This document shows, piece by piece, positions 41,333 to 50,494 of a DNA stretch of 64,000 nt. The position numbers and the translations under genes are program-made. The notes below the pieces were generated by a model that did not search any database, had not been told where the DNA came from, and saw only the letters and a program-made list of their open reading frames with translations. The stretch spans positions 32,001 to 96,000 of the forward strand of contig CBDCKN010000003.1 of assembly GCA_965218295.1 (NCBI GenBank), read 5' to 3'. Numbering within the stretch: position 1 is the first letter of the stretch; each line of letters begins with the position of its first letter. Origin of the DNA: Longimicrobiales bacterium (GTDB lineage: Bacteria; Gemmatimonadota; Gemmatimonadetes; Longimicrobiales; Gaopeijiaceae).

Positions 41333-42094
41333 ATGAACGCTCACCGCAATCGGGTTCAGCGGAGAGTTCTCCTCGCAGCCATCGCGGCCATGATCTCGCT
41401 TCCAATGGCAGCCTCGGCGCAGGCGGGCGGCCCCGGCTTCCTCTTTCGTAGGCCCATGATGTCCTTCGGCATAAGGGCCGGATACGCGCGTCCCCAAGCA
41501 GGCAGCGAGGTCTTCGACTTCGCCCGCAACATCCTCACCCTCGGCACGAGCGACTTCGCGTCGTCGGCGTGGGGGGCGGATCTCGCGATCCGGGCGACCG
41601 AGCGTCTCGACATTGCGGCCGGCGTAGGCCTCACCCGGAGCAGCACGCGTTCGGAGTTCCGGGACTGGGTGGATCTCGACGACCTCCCCATCGAGCAGAC
41701 CACGACCTTCCTTCGCGTCCCTATGACGCTTAGTGCGAAATACTACTTCCGGGACCGAGGCCGCTCGGTGAGTCGGTTCGTGTGGGTGCCGGAGCGATGG
41801 TCGCCTTACGTAGGCGTGGGTGGCGGCGCGGTCTGGTACCGGTTCGAGCAGGAAGGCGACTTCGTGGACTTCGAGACCTTGGACGTCTTCAACGCCTTCC
41901 TCGACTCCGAGGGCACGACGGGCACGGCGCACGTATTCTCCGGCGTGGACCTCTCACTGAGCCCGAGGATGGTGCTGACCGGTGAAGCGCGGTACTCGTG
42001 GGCTAGCACGGATATGGGACGGGACTTCGTGGACTTCGACGGCATCGATCTCGGTGGCTTTCAGGCTACACTGGGATTGTCGATACGCTTCTGA
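41333..42094 (+). CDS. Outer-membrane beta-barrel protein
   Basis: Signal peptide, SPYVGVGGG, GEARY, C-terminal GLSIRF. Confidence 0.8.
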   Translation: MNAHRNRVQRRVLLAAIAAMISLPMAASAQAGGPGFLFRRPMMSFGIRAGYARPQAGSEVFDFARNILTLGTSDFASSAWGADLAIRATERLDIAAGVGLTRSSTRSEFRDWVDLDDLPIEQTTTFLRVPMTLSAKYYFRDRGRSVSRFVWVPERWSPYVGVGGGAVWYRFEQEGDFVDFETLDVFNAFLDSEGTTGTAHVFSGVDLSLSPRMVLTGEARYSWASTDMGRDFVDFDGIDLGGFQATLGLSIRF

Positions 42095-42112
42095 CCGAAA
42101 GGGACAGTGACG

Positions 42113-43385
42113 ATGAGCGCACATCGAGATATCCGGGGCGTGATCGCCGGGGGACTTCTGGCCAGCGCGCTGCTGCTGACTACCGCGGCACCGACACTTG
42201 CCCAGGATCGGGACTACGACGCCCGCTGGCTCCCCTGGCTCGGATGCTGGGAGCCCGTGGCCGGGTCCGACGATGCCGACGCGCCCATGCTGTGTCTTCG
42301 CCCCGTGGCCGGGGACGACGGTGTGGAGATGCTGACGGTGGCCGACGGCGAGATCGCGTCCCAGGAGACCATCCGGGCCGACGGCATGAGCCGCCGGACG
42401 AGCCGCGAGGGGTGTGACGGCTGGGAGCGCACGTCGTTCTCGGACGACGGCCATCGCGTCTATCTCCGTGCGGAGTTCGTGTGTGAGGGCGGGGTGGAGC
42501 GGAGATCCGCCGGTCTCATGTCCATGGTGTCCCCGTACGAGTGGCTGGACGTGAGGACCGTGGACGTAGCCGGAGAGAGCGTCCCCTGGGTGCTCCGCTA
42601 TCAGCTGGCTGCCCTCAAGGCCGTCGAGGCCGCCGGTCTCGAAGACATCGCGGCGGACCGCACCATGGCCCAACAGTCGGCCCGCATCGCCGCTTCGTCC
42701 GCTCTCACGATCAAGGACGTGGTTGACGCCTCTTCGCACCTGGACGCGAAGGCCGTCGAGGCCTGGATCGTGGTGCGCGGCGACCAGTTCGCGCTGGATG
42801 CCAGCCGGTTGATCGCCCTGGCCGACGCCGGCGTGCCGGAGAGTGTAATCGACATCGTGGTGGCGGTCTCCTACCCGGAGCAGTTCGTTGTCGACCGTAA
42901 CCTGGCGGGCGGCGCCGATCTGGCCGAGTCCGAGTACATGTCGACGGGACGCTATGGGCGGGCCGGGCGGGCCCGTTTCGGATACGGGCGCTACTATGAC
43001 CCGTTCTACTACGATCCCTTCTTCCTCAGCCCGTTTTACTCCCCGTATGCCGGGTACGGCTACTACTCGCCCTACCGCTACGGGTTCGGGTACGGCCTCG
43101 GCTACGGAGGGTTCGGATTCGGGTATGGAAGCTACGGCACCTATCGCCCGACCATCGTTGTGGTCGGGACGGCGCCAGCAGGAGTCAGCGGGGCGTCCCC
43201 GAGCAGTGAGAGGTCGCGGCTACACCCGGGGCGTGGGCAGCAGCTCCTCACGCTCGGGGGGTGCTCGTTCGAGGGGAGGCACCGCCGGTGGCGCCGCAGC
43301 GGCGCCGTCACGATCCGGCTCCTCGTCGTGGGGGTCGAAAGCCACCGGCCGAACAGCCAAGCCGAGAGGTGGTCGAAATCCCTGA
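42113..43385 (+). pseudogene. Secreted hypothetical protein with Tyr/Gly-rich region; probable frameshift near 43190
   Basis: Signal peptide, WLPWLGCW; plausible Gly/Ser/Arg-rich C-terminus (RAVRGRGYTRG...TGRTAKPRGG) lies in another frame ending at 43385, followed by hairpins. Confidence 0.55.
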
Positions 43386-43479
43386 CCAACCCCCGCGGGA
43401 GTCGCTCTCCCGCTTGTTCGGGCATTCGACTCCGGAGGGCCAACAAGGCCTTCCGGCGTTTGGTGTTTCCGACCTCCTA

Positions 43480-43541
43480 TTGACACGATATATCGGCAAG
43501 TATATTGTAGGAATATGAAACGATATATCGGTACGATATAC
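43480..43541 (+). promoter_or_regulatory. Sigma70-type promoter with palindromic operators upstream of padR
   Basis: TTGACA (43480-43485), 17 nt, TATTGT (43503-43508); CGATATATCG at 43486-43495 and 43521-43530. Confidence 0.75.
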
Positions 43542-43566
43542 TCACTCTAACGGGAGGATCGGGAAG

Positions 43567-44226
43567 ATGTTCTGTGCAACGGATTATGGTTTCGACTTCG
43601 ACGCCTTCATCTTCGGGCCACGCGGGCGCCGCCGCCGACACGCGAAGTGGAAGATCTTCGAGCGCGGCGATCTGAAGTTCGTCATCCTTCGCCTCGTCTC
43701 GGAGCAGCCCATGCACGGGTACGAGGTCATGAAAGCGCTCGAGAAGGAATCGGGGGGATACTACCGACCGAGCCCCGGATCGGTGTACCCTACCCTGCAG
43801 ATGTTGGAGGACGAGGGATACGTCACGGCCGAGGAGGGGGACGGAAAGAAGGTCTGCTCCATCACCGAAGAAGGGCGGACCTATCTGGACGAGAACGAGG
43901 ATGTCATCGACGAAGTCTTTGAGCGGGTGGAGCACTTCACGGATCGCTTTTTCGGCCGTGACATGAAGGAGCTTTCGAGGTCCTTCTCGCGATTGGCGCA
44001 AATCGCCTTCGACCAGGCCTTCCAATGGGGCGCTGCACCCGAGGACCTGGTGAGGATGAACGAGATCCTCGAGCAGGCCGTGCACGACATGAAAGAGGCC
44101 CGGCAGCAAGCGCGGGAGCGACGCCGAAGCCGGGGCCGGGGACCTAAGGAGGGACGCAAGGCTCGCCGAGGCCGGCATCGGGAGGCGGCGGTCGAGGACG
44201 TGGAAGTGGACAACGACGAGGAGTAG
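43567..44226 (+). CDS. PadR family transcriptional regulator
   Basis: RGDLKFVIL, MHGYEVM, PSPGSVYPTLQMLEDEG, ITEEG. Confidence 0.92.
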   Translation: MFCATDYGFDFDAFIFGPRGRRRRHAKWKIFERGDLKFVILRLVSEQPMHGYEVMKALEKESGGYYRPSPGSVYPTLQMLEDEGYVTAEEGDGKKVCSITEEGRTYLDENEDVIDEVFERVEHFTDRFFGRDMKELSRSFSRLAQIAFDQAFQWGAAPEDLVRMNEILEQAVHDMKEARQQARERRRSRGRGPKEGRKARRGRHREAAVEDVEVDNDEE

Positions 44227-44259
44227 GGACGGCAAGCCCGCCACGGGGGCCACTGCCTT

Positions 44260-45172
44260 CTACACCTTCCGGCGAGCCTCGAGCCCCTCTTCGAGCTCCT
44301 CGAGGGTTCTGGGCCAATCCTCGCGCAGGAGTCGGGACAAGGCTCGATCCTTGAGGAGCTTTCCTCCTGTCTGGCAGGGTGCGCAGTAGTTGGTCTCACG
44401 CTCACCGTAGACGATCCGCTGGATGGGCGCTCCGCATCGGGGGCACGGCTCGCCGAACTTCCCGTGGGCGCCCATCGCGGGGTGAAAGGCCGTGATCTTG
44501 TTCGGGAAGTCCTCCCCGAACTCCTCACGAAGGCGCGCCACCCATTCGGTGAGGGAACGGCGGGTCGCCTCAAAAAGTTTCTCGATTTCCTCGTTGTCCA
44601 GCTGGCCCGTGCGCTTGACGGGTGAGAGCCCTGCTTCGAGGAGGATCTCGTCGGAGTGGGCATTCCCGATCCCGCTGAGGATACGCGGGTCGGTGAGGGC
44701 TCGCTTGAGTGTACGGTTCTCCCTCAGCAGTGCCTCGCGGAACCCCTCGAGCCCCACGTCCAGCGGCTCGACCCCGCCCGGGTCGAGACCGGCGAGGGCC
44801 TCTTCTCCTCGGACCACATGGAGCGAGACACGCTTGTGCGAGCTGGCCTCCGTGAGGAGGAGCGTCCCGTTGGAGAAGTCCAGAGCGGCATGAGCTCGCT
44901 TCTTGGGAATGGCTGCACCTCGCTCCTTCCACTGGAAGCGTCCGGAGATCATGAGATGGATCACGGCGAAAAGATCGTCCTCCAGCTCGAGCACCACCCG
45001 CTTCCCTATCCTGCGGAGTCCCGTCACCCGCTTCCCCTCCAGCTCGGAGACCCTCGGCTCGTAGGTGCGAAGGAGTGACGGCGTGCGGATCCGGACCTTC
45101 TCCAGCACCCTGGTCGACGATGCGGCTCTCGAGGGCGTCGATGTAGGCGACGATTTCGGGAAGCTCGGGCAT
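44260..45172 (-). pseudogene. Fpg/Nei family DNA glycosylase with +1 frameshift near 45108
   Basis: MPELPE start in one frame; HLMISGR, GIGNAHSDEIL and zinc finger CPRC...CAPCQ in another; junction CAG GGT GCT versus expected CAG GTG CTG. Confidence 0.85.
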
Positions 45173-45187
45173 ACGCTTTTCCGTGGG

Positions 45188-45682
45188 CTATCCGAACACC
45201 ATGCCGAGACCCCCGACAACCAGCACCACCACACCCACACCGATCTTCAGCCCGATGGCCAGCGTGCGCGCCAGTAGGACGCCCACCCCCACCCTGGAGG
45301 CCTCGCCGATGGAGCGGGACTCCCATAAGGTCACGAGACCGGCTCCGATGAACGTGCCGAGGAAGCCCGCCACAAGGGATCCGATGACGGGGACCGGCGT
45401 CCCCACGACCACCCCCACGAGACCGCCCAGAATCGCTCCCCAGAAGGCCCACCTGGACGCGCCGTAGCGGTCGCCCATCCGCTTGAGAATCCAGAACTCC
45501 CCGACTTCCGCAACCAGGGCGAGGCCGACGAGGAAGAGCCATATAGTCCAGGACAGAGCGCCGGTGAAGGTGCCGGCCAGCAGAAGCAGCACCATGATCC
45601 AGACGCCGGGCAGACCGAGCGGAATGGCCAGGAGTGCCGCCGCCATGAAGAGCACCACCACGAGTGCTACCGCGAGTGTCAT
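45188..45682 (-). CDS. DUF456-like membrane protein
   Basis: LGLPG, YGASRWAFWGAILGGLVG, PVIGSLVAGFLG. Confidence 0.75.
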   Translation of the reverse strand: MTLAVALVVVLFMAAALLAIPLGLPGVWIMVLLLLAGTFTGALSWTIWLFLVGLALVAEVGEFWILKRMGDRYGASRWAFWGAILGGLVGVVVGTPVPVIGSLVAGFLGTFIGAGLVTLWESRSIGEASRVGVGVLLARTLAIGLKIGVGVVVLVVGGLGMVFG

Positions 45683-45758
45683 CGTCCAACCTCCTCTGCC
45701 GTTGATCGCCAAACTGGACTCTATTGAGTTCATAGCGAAAGAGCCGATCTTCAAGTCC

Positions 45759-46484
45759 ATGGCGAAAGGACCGAGCTTCCGGATCCGCTACACTGAGTCA
45801 CGAACGGAGGGCGATGGACCATCCGGAGTCCTCAACCGGAGTCAGCTCCTCGACCGGGTCCGTGAAGCGACCGCCGCAGCGGCCCACGGCAAAGTCTGGT
45901 GGTATCGGGCTCCCCTGCTCCTGCCCCTTGCTTGGATCCTCTACCGGCACCTGGGAGCCGAGGACTACTCGAGCATCTTCGGGGGCCTGAACCTCGCCAT
46001 CCACGAAGCCGGTCACCTGCTCTTCATGTGGTCTAGAAGCGACTTCCTGACGGTGGCCGGGGGCACCATCCTCCAATGCCTCTGCCCGGTCTTCGCAGGC
46101 TTCATGTTCTATCGCCAGAAGGACTTCTTCGCGATCACCGTCGCCCTGTTCTGGCTCGGTACCAACTTCACTCACATCGCCCCGTACGCAGCCGACGCCA
46201 GGGCGCAACTCCTGCCGCTGGTCTCTCCTTTCCAGGGCGCACCCGGACACGATTGGAATTATCTACTCGGCACCCTGGGCCTACTCCAACAGGACCACAT
46301 GGTTGGAGGGGCCTTCCGTGCCACCGGGATTCTGATCATGGGGGCAAGCCTGTGGGCGGGTGTGTGGGTTCTCCGGATCATGGCCGAGCTGGCCGCCACC
46401 AAAAACGGGTCGTTCTCCGAATCGGATCGTCCGTCGGAGCATCGCGGTGGCGAGGATGGCCATGGCACCGACGGAGGCGAGTGA
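45759..46484 (+). CDS. Hypothetical membrane protein with HExxH motif (possible membrane metallopeptidase)
   Basis: NLAIHEAGHLLF, AGGTILQ, YAADARAQLLPL, HDWNYLL. Confidence 0.65.
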   Translation: MAKGPSFRIRYTESRTEGDGPSGVLNRSQLLDRVREATAAAAHGKVWWYRAPLLLPLAWILYRHLGAEDYSSIFGGLNLAIHEAGHLLFMWSRSDFLTVAGGTILQCLCPVFAGFMFYRQKDFFAITVALFWLGTNFTHIAPYAADARAQLLPLVSPFQGAPGHDWNYLLGTLGLLQQDHMVGGAFRATGILIMGASLWAGVWVLRIMAELAATKNGSFSESDRPSEHRGGEDGHGTDGGE

Positions 46485-46495
46485 CATCCCGCGCC

Positions 46496-47554
46496 TCAAA
46501 CCCCTAAGCCCAGCTGCTCGACCGCTCCCGGCCGCCGAAAGGCTTCAGTGGACAGAGCCGGGGGCCGCCCCGCGAGGCCCACACGCCGACGCGCCACCCT
46601 GAACAGCTCGATCACCTGCTCGGCCATCGGCCCCTGCCCCCGCATCCGCGACACCAGACGCGGATCGTTGAGGCGCCCACCTCGCATGGCCCGGATGCGG
46701 TTCAGGACCTTCTCCTTCCGGTCCGGGAAGTGCCGACCCAGCCAATCCACGAAGAGGTCCTTCACGCCGAACGGGAGGCGAATCGGTACGCAGCTGGCGG
46801 CGATAGCTCCACTGGCGGCTGCAGCCTCCAGGATGGACGGGATCTCGTGATCGTTGAGCCCCGGGATGACGGGGGCTAGGAAGACCGCCACCGGGATGCC
46901 CGCATCCGTCAGGCGTTGGATGGCCTCCAGTCGTCGTGCCGGGGTCGAGGCCCGCGGCTCCATCAGCCCATGGAGGCTCGGGTCCAGGGTCGTTACGGAC
47001 ACGGCGACGCAGACCGCGTCGTGATGGGCGAGTTGGGCGAGCAGGTCGATGTCCCTCGTCACGAGAAAACCCTTCGTGACGATCAATACCGGGTTCCTGA
47101 ATTCGGTGAGAACCTCGAGGCATTCCCGAGTGATCCCCAAGCGCCGCTCGACCGGCTGGTAGGGATCCGTAACTCCCGAAAGAGCGAGGGGCTGCGGCTT
47201 CCACCTGGGCGAGGCAAGCTCCCTGCGCAGGAGCTTCGCGGCGTCGGGCTTGACGAAGATCTTGGACTCGAAGTCCAGACCGGCCGATAGGCCGAGGTAC
47301 TCGTGGGTGGGCCGGGCGTAGCAGTAGACGCACCCGTGCTCACAGCCCCGGTAAGGATTCACGCTCACGTCGAATCCCACGTCCGGGCTCGAGTTCCTGA
47401 ACACGATGCTTCGAGACGAATCCACCAGGAACTCGGTGCTGGGAGCGGGGTCTTCGGCCAGACTCCACTTGTCTCGCTCCACCGAAAGGCGCTCGAAGCG
47501 GTTGGGCGGGTTGGGCGTGGCGCCCCTCCCCCGGAGAGTTGGAAGTTGTCTCAT
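46496..47554 (-). CDS. PA0069/Rv2578c family radical SAM protein (SplB-related)
   Basis: NPYRGCEHGCVYCYARPTHEY, TDPYQPVE, PVIPGLND. Confidence 0.92.
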   Translation of the reverse strand: MRQLPTLRGRGATPNPPNRFERLSVERDKWSLAEDPAPSTEFLVDSSRSIVFRNSSPDVGFDVSVNPYRGCEHGCVYCYARPTHEYLGLSAGLDFESKIFVKPDAAKLLRRELASPRWKPQPLALSGVTDPYQPVERRLGITRECLEVLTEFRNPVLIVTKGFLVTRDIDLLAQLAHHDAVCVAVSVTTLDPSLHGLMEPRASTPARRLEAIQRLTDAGIPVAVFLAPVIPGLNDHEIPSILEAAAASGAIAASCVPIRLPFGVKDLFVDWLGRHFPDRKEKVLNRIRAMRGGRLNDPRLVSRMRGQGPMAEQVIELFRVARRRVGLAGRPPALSTEAFRRPGAVEQLGLGV

Positions 47555-47629
47555 AGTATACTATGTTCGGTTTTTCTTCGGTAAGAGTACTTCCTGGCTC
47601 ACGAGAAGGAAAGGGTTCATCTTCCCGCG

Positions 47630-48250
47630 ATGAAGCCGACCACCGCGGAGATGCGGGAGCTCAAGCGAAGGGACCCCGCTCTGGGAAAGGCCATGACAGG
47701 TCTCCCACCCTTTCCGGATTTTCCGATTGGGAATCTGCGGGGTCCGCACTTCCACGCGTTGGCCCGGTCCATCACCTACCAGCAGCTTGCCAGCAGGGCC
47801 GCCGCCGCCATCTACGGTCGCGTGCGGGAGCTGACGTCCGGATCGGGCTTTCCCACCGCTCAGCAGGTGTTAGCCTTGTCGGACGACGATCTGCGGGGAG
47901 CCGGGCTCTCGCGCAGCAAGACACGAGCCATCAAGGATCTGGCCGCAAAGGCGGTCAACGGCGACCTCCGGTTGAGGAGCATCGGTCGCCACGGGGACGA
48001 AGAGGTCATCCGACGACTTACCACCGTCTGGGGAGTCGGGGAGTGGACGGCACACATGTTTCTCATCTTCAAGCTCGGGAGGCCCGACGTCATGCCTGCC
48101 GGTGACCTGGGGGTCCAGGAGGGCCTGAGGATTCTTGACGGGCTGGACAAGCGTCCGGAGCCGGAGTACCTCCTGGCCCGGGCGGAGGTGTGGCGGCCAC
48201 TCCGAAGCGTCGCCGCATGGTTCCTTTGGCGCCTCACGGACAAGCGATGA
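47630..48250 (+). CDS. DNA-3-methyladenine glycosylase II (AlkA family)
   Basis: ITYQQLA, GLSRSK, GVGEWTAHMFLIF, PAGDLGV, WRPLRS. Confidence 0.9.
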   Translation: MKPTTAEMRELKRRDPALGKAMTGLPPFPDFPIGNLRGPHFHALARSITYQQLASRAAAAIYGRVRELTSGSGFPTAQQVLALSDDDLRGAGLSRSKTRAIKDLAAKAVNGDLRLRSIGRHGDEEVIRRLTTVWGVGEWTAHMFLIFKLGRPDVMPAGDLGVQEGLRILDGLDKRPEPEYLLARAEVWRPLRSVAAWFLWRLTDKR

Positions 48251-48318
48251 TCCGACGTGTAGTGATGAGGCGACGTGCAGCAAATCTCCGACGTGCAGCG
48301 GTGATCCGACGTGCCTTG
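48247..48318 (+). repeat. Four degenerate 18-bp tandem repeats
   Basis: ATGATCCGACGTGTAGTG / ATGAGGCGACGTGCAGCA / AATCTCCGACGTGCAGCG / GTGATCCGACGTGCCTTG. Confidence 0.8.
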
Positions 48319-48807
48319 ATACCGGTCGCAGCGCTGCTCGCCACGGGCTCGCTCGACGCGCCTCGGCCTGCCGCGACCCAGATCCTGGCCCCCATCGGAG
48401 GCGCGCTGGCAGGGGCCGGAGCGGGCGCATGGATCAGCGTAGCCTACATCACCGTGCAGGCGCGGAAGGGCAACTACCTCGACTCGGGGGAAGAGGCCGT
48501 CGGTATTGCTGCCATTCCCCTCTTCACTGGACTCGCGGCCGGACTCGCCCTGGGTGTGTTCGCCGAGGATCGGATGAATCAGGCGCTACTCTGGGGCGGA
48601 GTGGGGTGGGCCTCGGGGATCGGGGTCGGCGCCCTTATCGGGGACCAGGTTTGGGACGATCCGCAGGGGAAATGGGCGGGAGGGGTCATCGGAGGCGCCG
48701 TGGGGTTGATAGTGGGTGGCGTGGCCGGCCTCGTCTCCTCCCAGGGTGACGGGAAGGACAGTCAGCAGCCCGACGGCCTTCCTCTTCTGATCAGGTTCCG
48801 ATTCTGA
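48247..48807 (+). CDS. Hypothetical glycine-zipper membrane protein
   Basis: ATGA overlap with the AlkA-family stop; Gly-rich hydrophobic helices. Confidence 0.6.
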   Translation: MIRRVVMRRRAANLRRAAVIRRALIPVAALLATGSLDAPRPAATQILAPIGGALAGAGAGAWISVAYITVQARKGNYLDSGEEAVGIAAIPLFTGLAAGLALGVFAEDRMNQALLWGGVGWASGIGVGALIGDQVWDDPQGKWAGGVIGGAVGLIVGGVAGLVSSQGDGKDSQQPDGLPLLIRFRF

Positions 48808-48851
48808 GGATGCCCGGCGCAACTCTGCGTGCCCCTGTTCGAGGGCAACTC

Positions 48852-50076
48852 ATGCCGGCGATCCGGGGGCCGCAGCAAAGCCGGAGCCTGGCGCACCGAG
48901 TCTGCTCGCTCCTGACGCCGCTTGTGGCCGCAGGTGCTTGCGCCTACGCCCCGGCACCCCTTCCCGGCGCCCCACCCATGGCCGACCCTCGGCCCGACAG
49001 CGTGGACACCGTCGTCTTCCTGGTCGGCGACGCTGGGGAGGCCGACGGCGTCGGCAGTCCCGTCCTGCAGAAGCTCGCCAACGAAGTGGAGAGTTGGTCC
49101 GAGGCTCTGGCGCGTGACTCGGCGGTGGCCGTCGTCTTTCTGGGAGACAACGTCTACCCCGACGGATACCACGATCCCTCCGAAGGCGACTACCCTCGGG
49201 ACTCGGTGCGCCTCGGAAACGAAATCGCCACGGTGTCCGGCCCACAGGCTCGCGCGCACCTGACACCCGGGATCTTCATCTCCGGCAACCATGACTGGGC
49301 AAACACTTCAGGGCCCGTAGCCCTGGCCCGCCTCCGCAACCTGGAAACGAGGCTCGAGCGGGAGCGAGCCGCCGGGACGCTGGTGGAGCTCATGCCCGCA
49401 GCCGGACTAGCGGGACCGGAGTATGTCGACCTGGGCCAGAGCCTGCGGATCGTGTTCCTCGACACGCAGTGGTGGCTGGCCGAAGGCCAAGACGAGCATC
49501 GGATTCTCGAAGCCTACCAGCGTCTCGCCGAGGTCATGGCGGACTCCGACGATCGTGACGTGATCGTCGCCGCTCACCATCCCATGGTGACAGGCGGTGA
49601 GCACGGAGGCGCCGTGGGCTTCTTGGTCCACCGGCGGCGTCCGTTGGCTCCTCAGCCGCACCGGCGCCATCAGACAGGACCTTACCTCCCTCACGTACCA
49701 GGGCATGATCCGCGGATTTCGGGAGGCGTTCTCCCGTGGTGGCGCTCCGCTGGTCTACGCTTCGGGCCACGACCACAACCTCCAGGTCATCGCCGCAGTC
49801 GAAACTGGTGACCCCGAGTTCACCCTGGTGAGTGGGTCCGGCAGCAAGTTGTCGACGCCTCTGAGGGGTGTCCCCGGGATGCATTTCGGAGTGGCCGCCC
49901 CCGGCTACATGCGCGTTGTCTTCCGCCGGGACGGCGTTGTCGACGTGTTCGTGATCTCCGGACCCCGAAGCTTCACGGCATGCCCCGAGGACGCGACGCC
50001 AGAGCACGACTGTCTCACCCTCTGGCCCACGGCCTTCCGCGTCGTGTACTCCCAGCGCCTGAAACCGGCTTCTTGA
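48852..50076 (+). pseudogene. Calcineurin-like metallophosphoesterase with frameshift near 49622
   Basis: GDAG, LGDNVY, GNHDW, AHHP in one frame; SGHDHNLQ and VSGSGSK in another. Confidence 0.8.
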
Positions 50077-50165
50077 CACCCCGGGCCCTGGAGGCCCGTA
50101 GTATAGGCAGGACGTCCGACCACGTGGGTTCGGACGGGGACAGTCATCCATCGAGGAGGTTCCTG

Positions 50166-50348
50166 ATGGCCAAGAGTAGTCGAGGACGTGCGCCACGGGA
50201 CAAGAAGCCCTCGCTCAAGCTTCCCGAGTGGCCCTGCACGCCCAAGCCGCCGCGCACACCCCCACCTCCGCGGCCCACGGATCCCGTGGGCACGACGCCG
50301 GGCCCCGACTTCAAGAAGGTGATCAGGAAGCTAGGGAAGAAGCGCTAG
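50166..50348 (+). CDS. Small basic Pro-rich hypothetical protein
   Basis: Strong RBS GAGGAGG before ATG; 60 aa. Confidence 0.45.
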   Translation: MAKSSRGRAPRDKKPSLKLPEWPCTPKPPRTPPPPRPTDPVGTTPGPDFKKVIRKLGKKR

Positions 50349-50494
50349 CCGGTCCGGGGGCTTTTCTGCGAGAAGGGCTGAGCTACGGCGAGCCGGGGTC
50401 CGGGTTGCACGTGCCTCTCAGTCGGAAGCGCGGGTTCGTCCAAGGTCGAGGCGTTGTCGAGCTGATCCTCAGTGAAACGTGACCTGACGTCTCC

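Noticed and set aside
42950..43140. Tyr/Gly-rich low-complexity stretch as a DNA repeat element
   Set aside because: Explained by protein composition; no regular nucleotide period
48247..48318. CRISPR array
   Set aside because: Units are adjacent, 18 bp, degenerate, lack spacers and there are no cas genes
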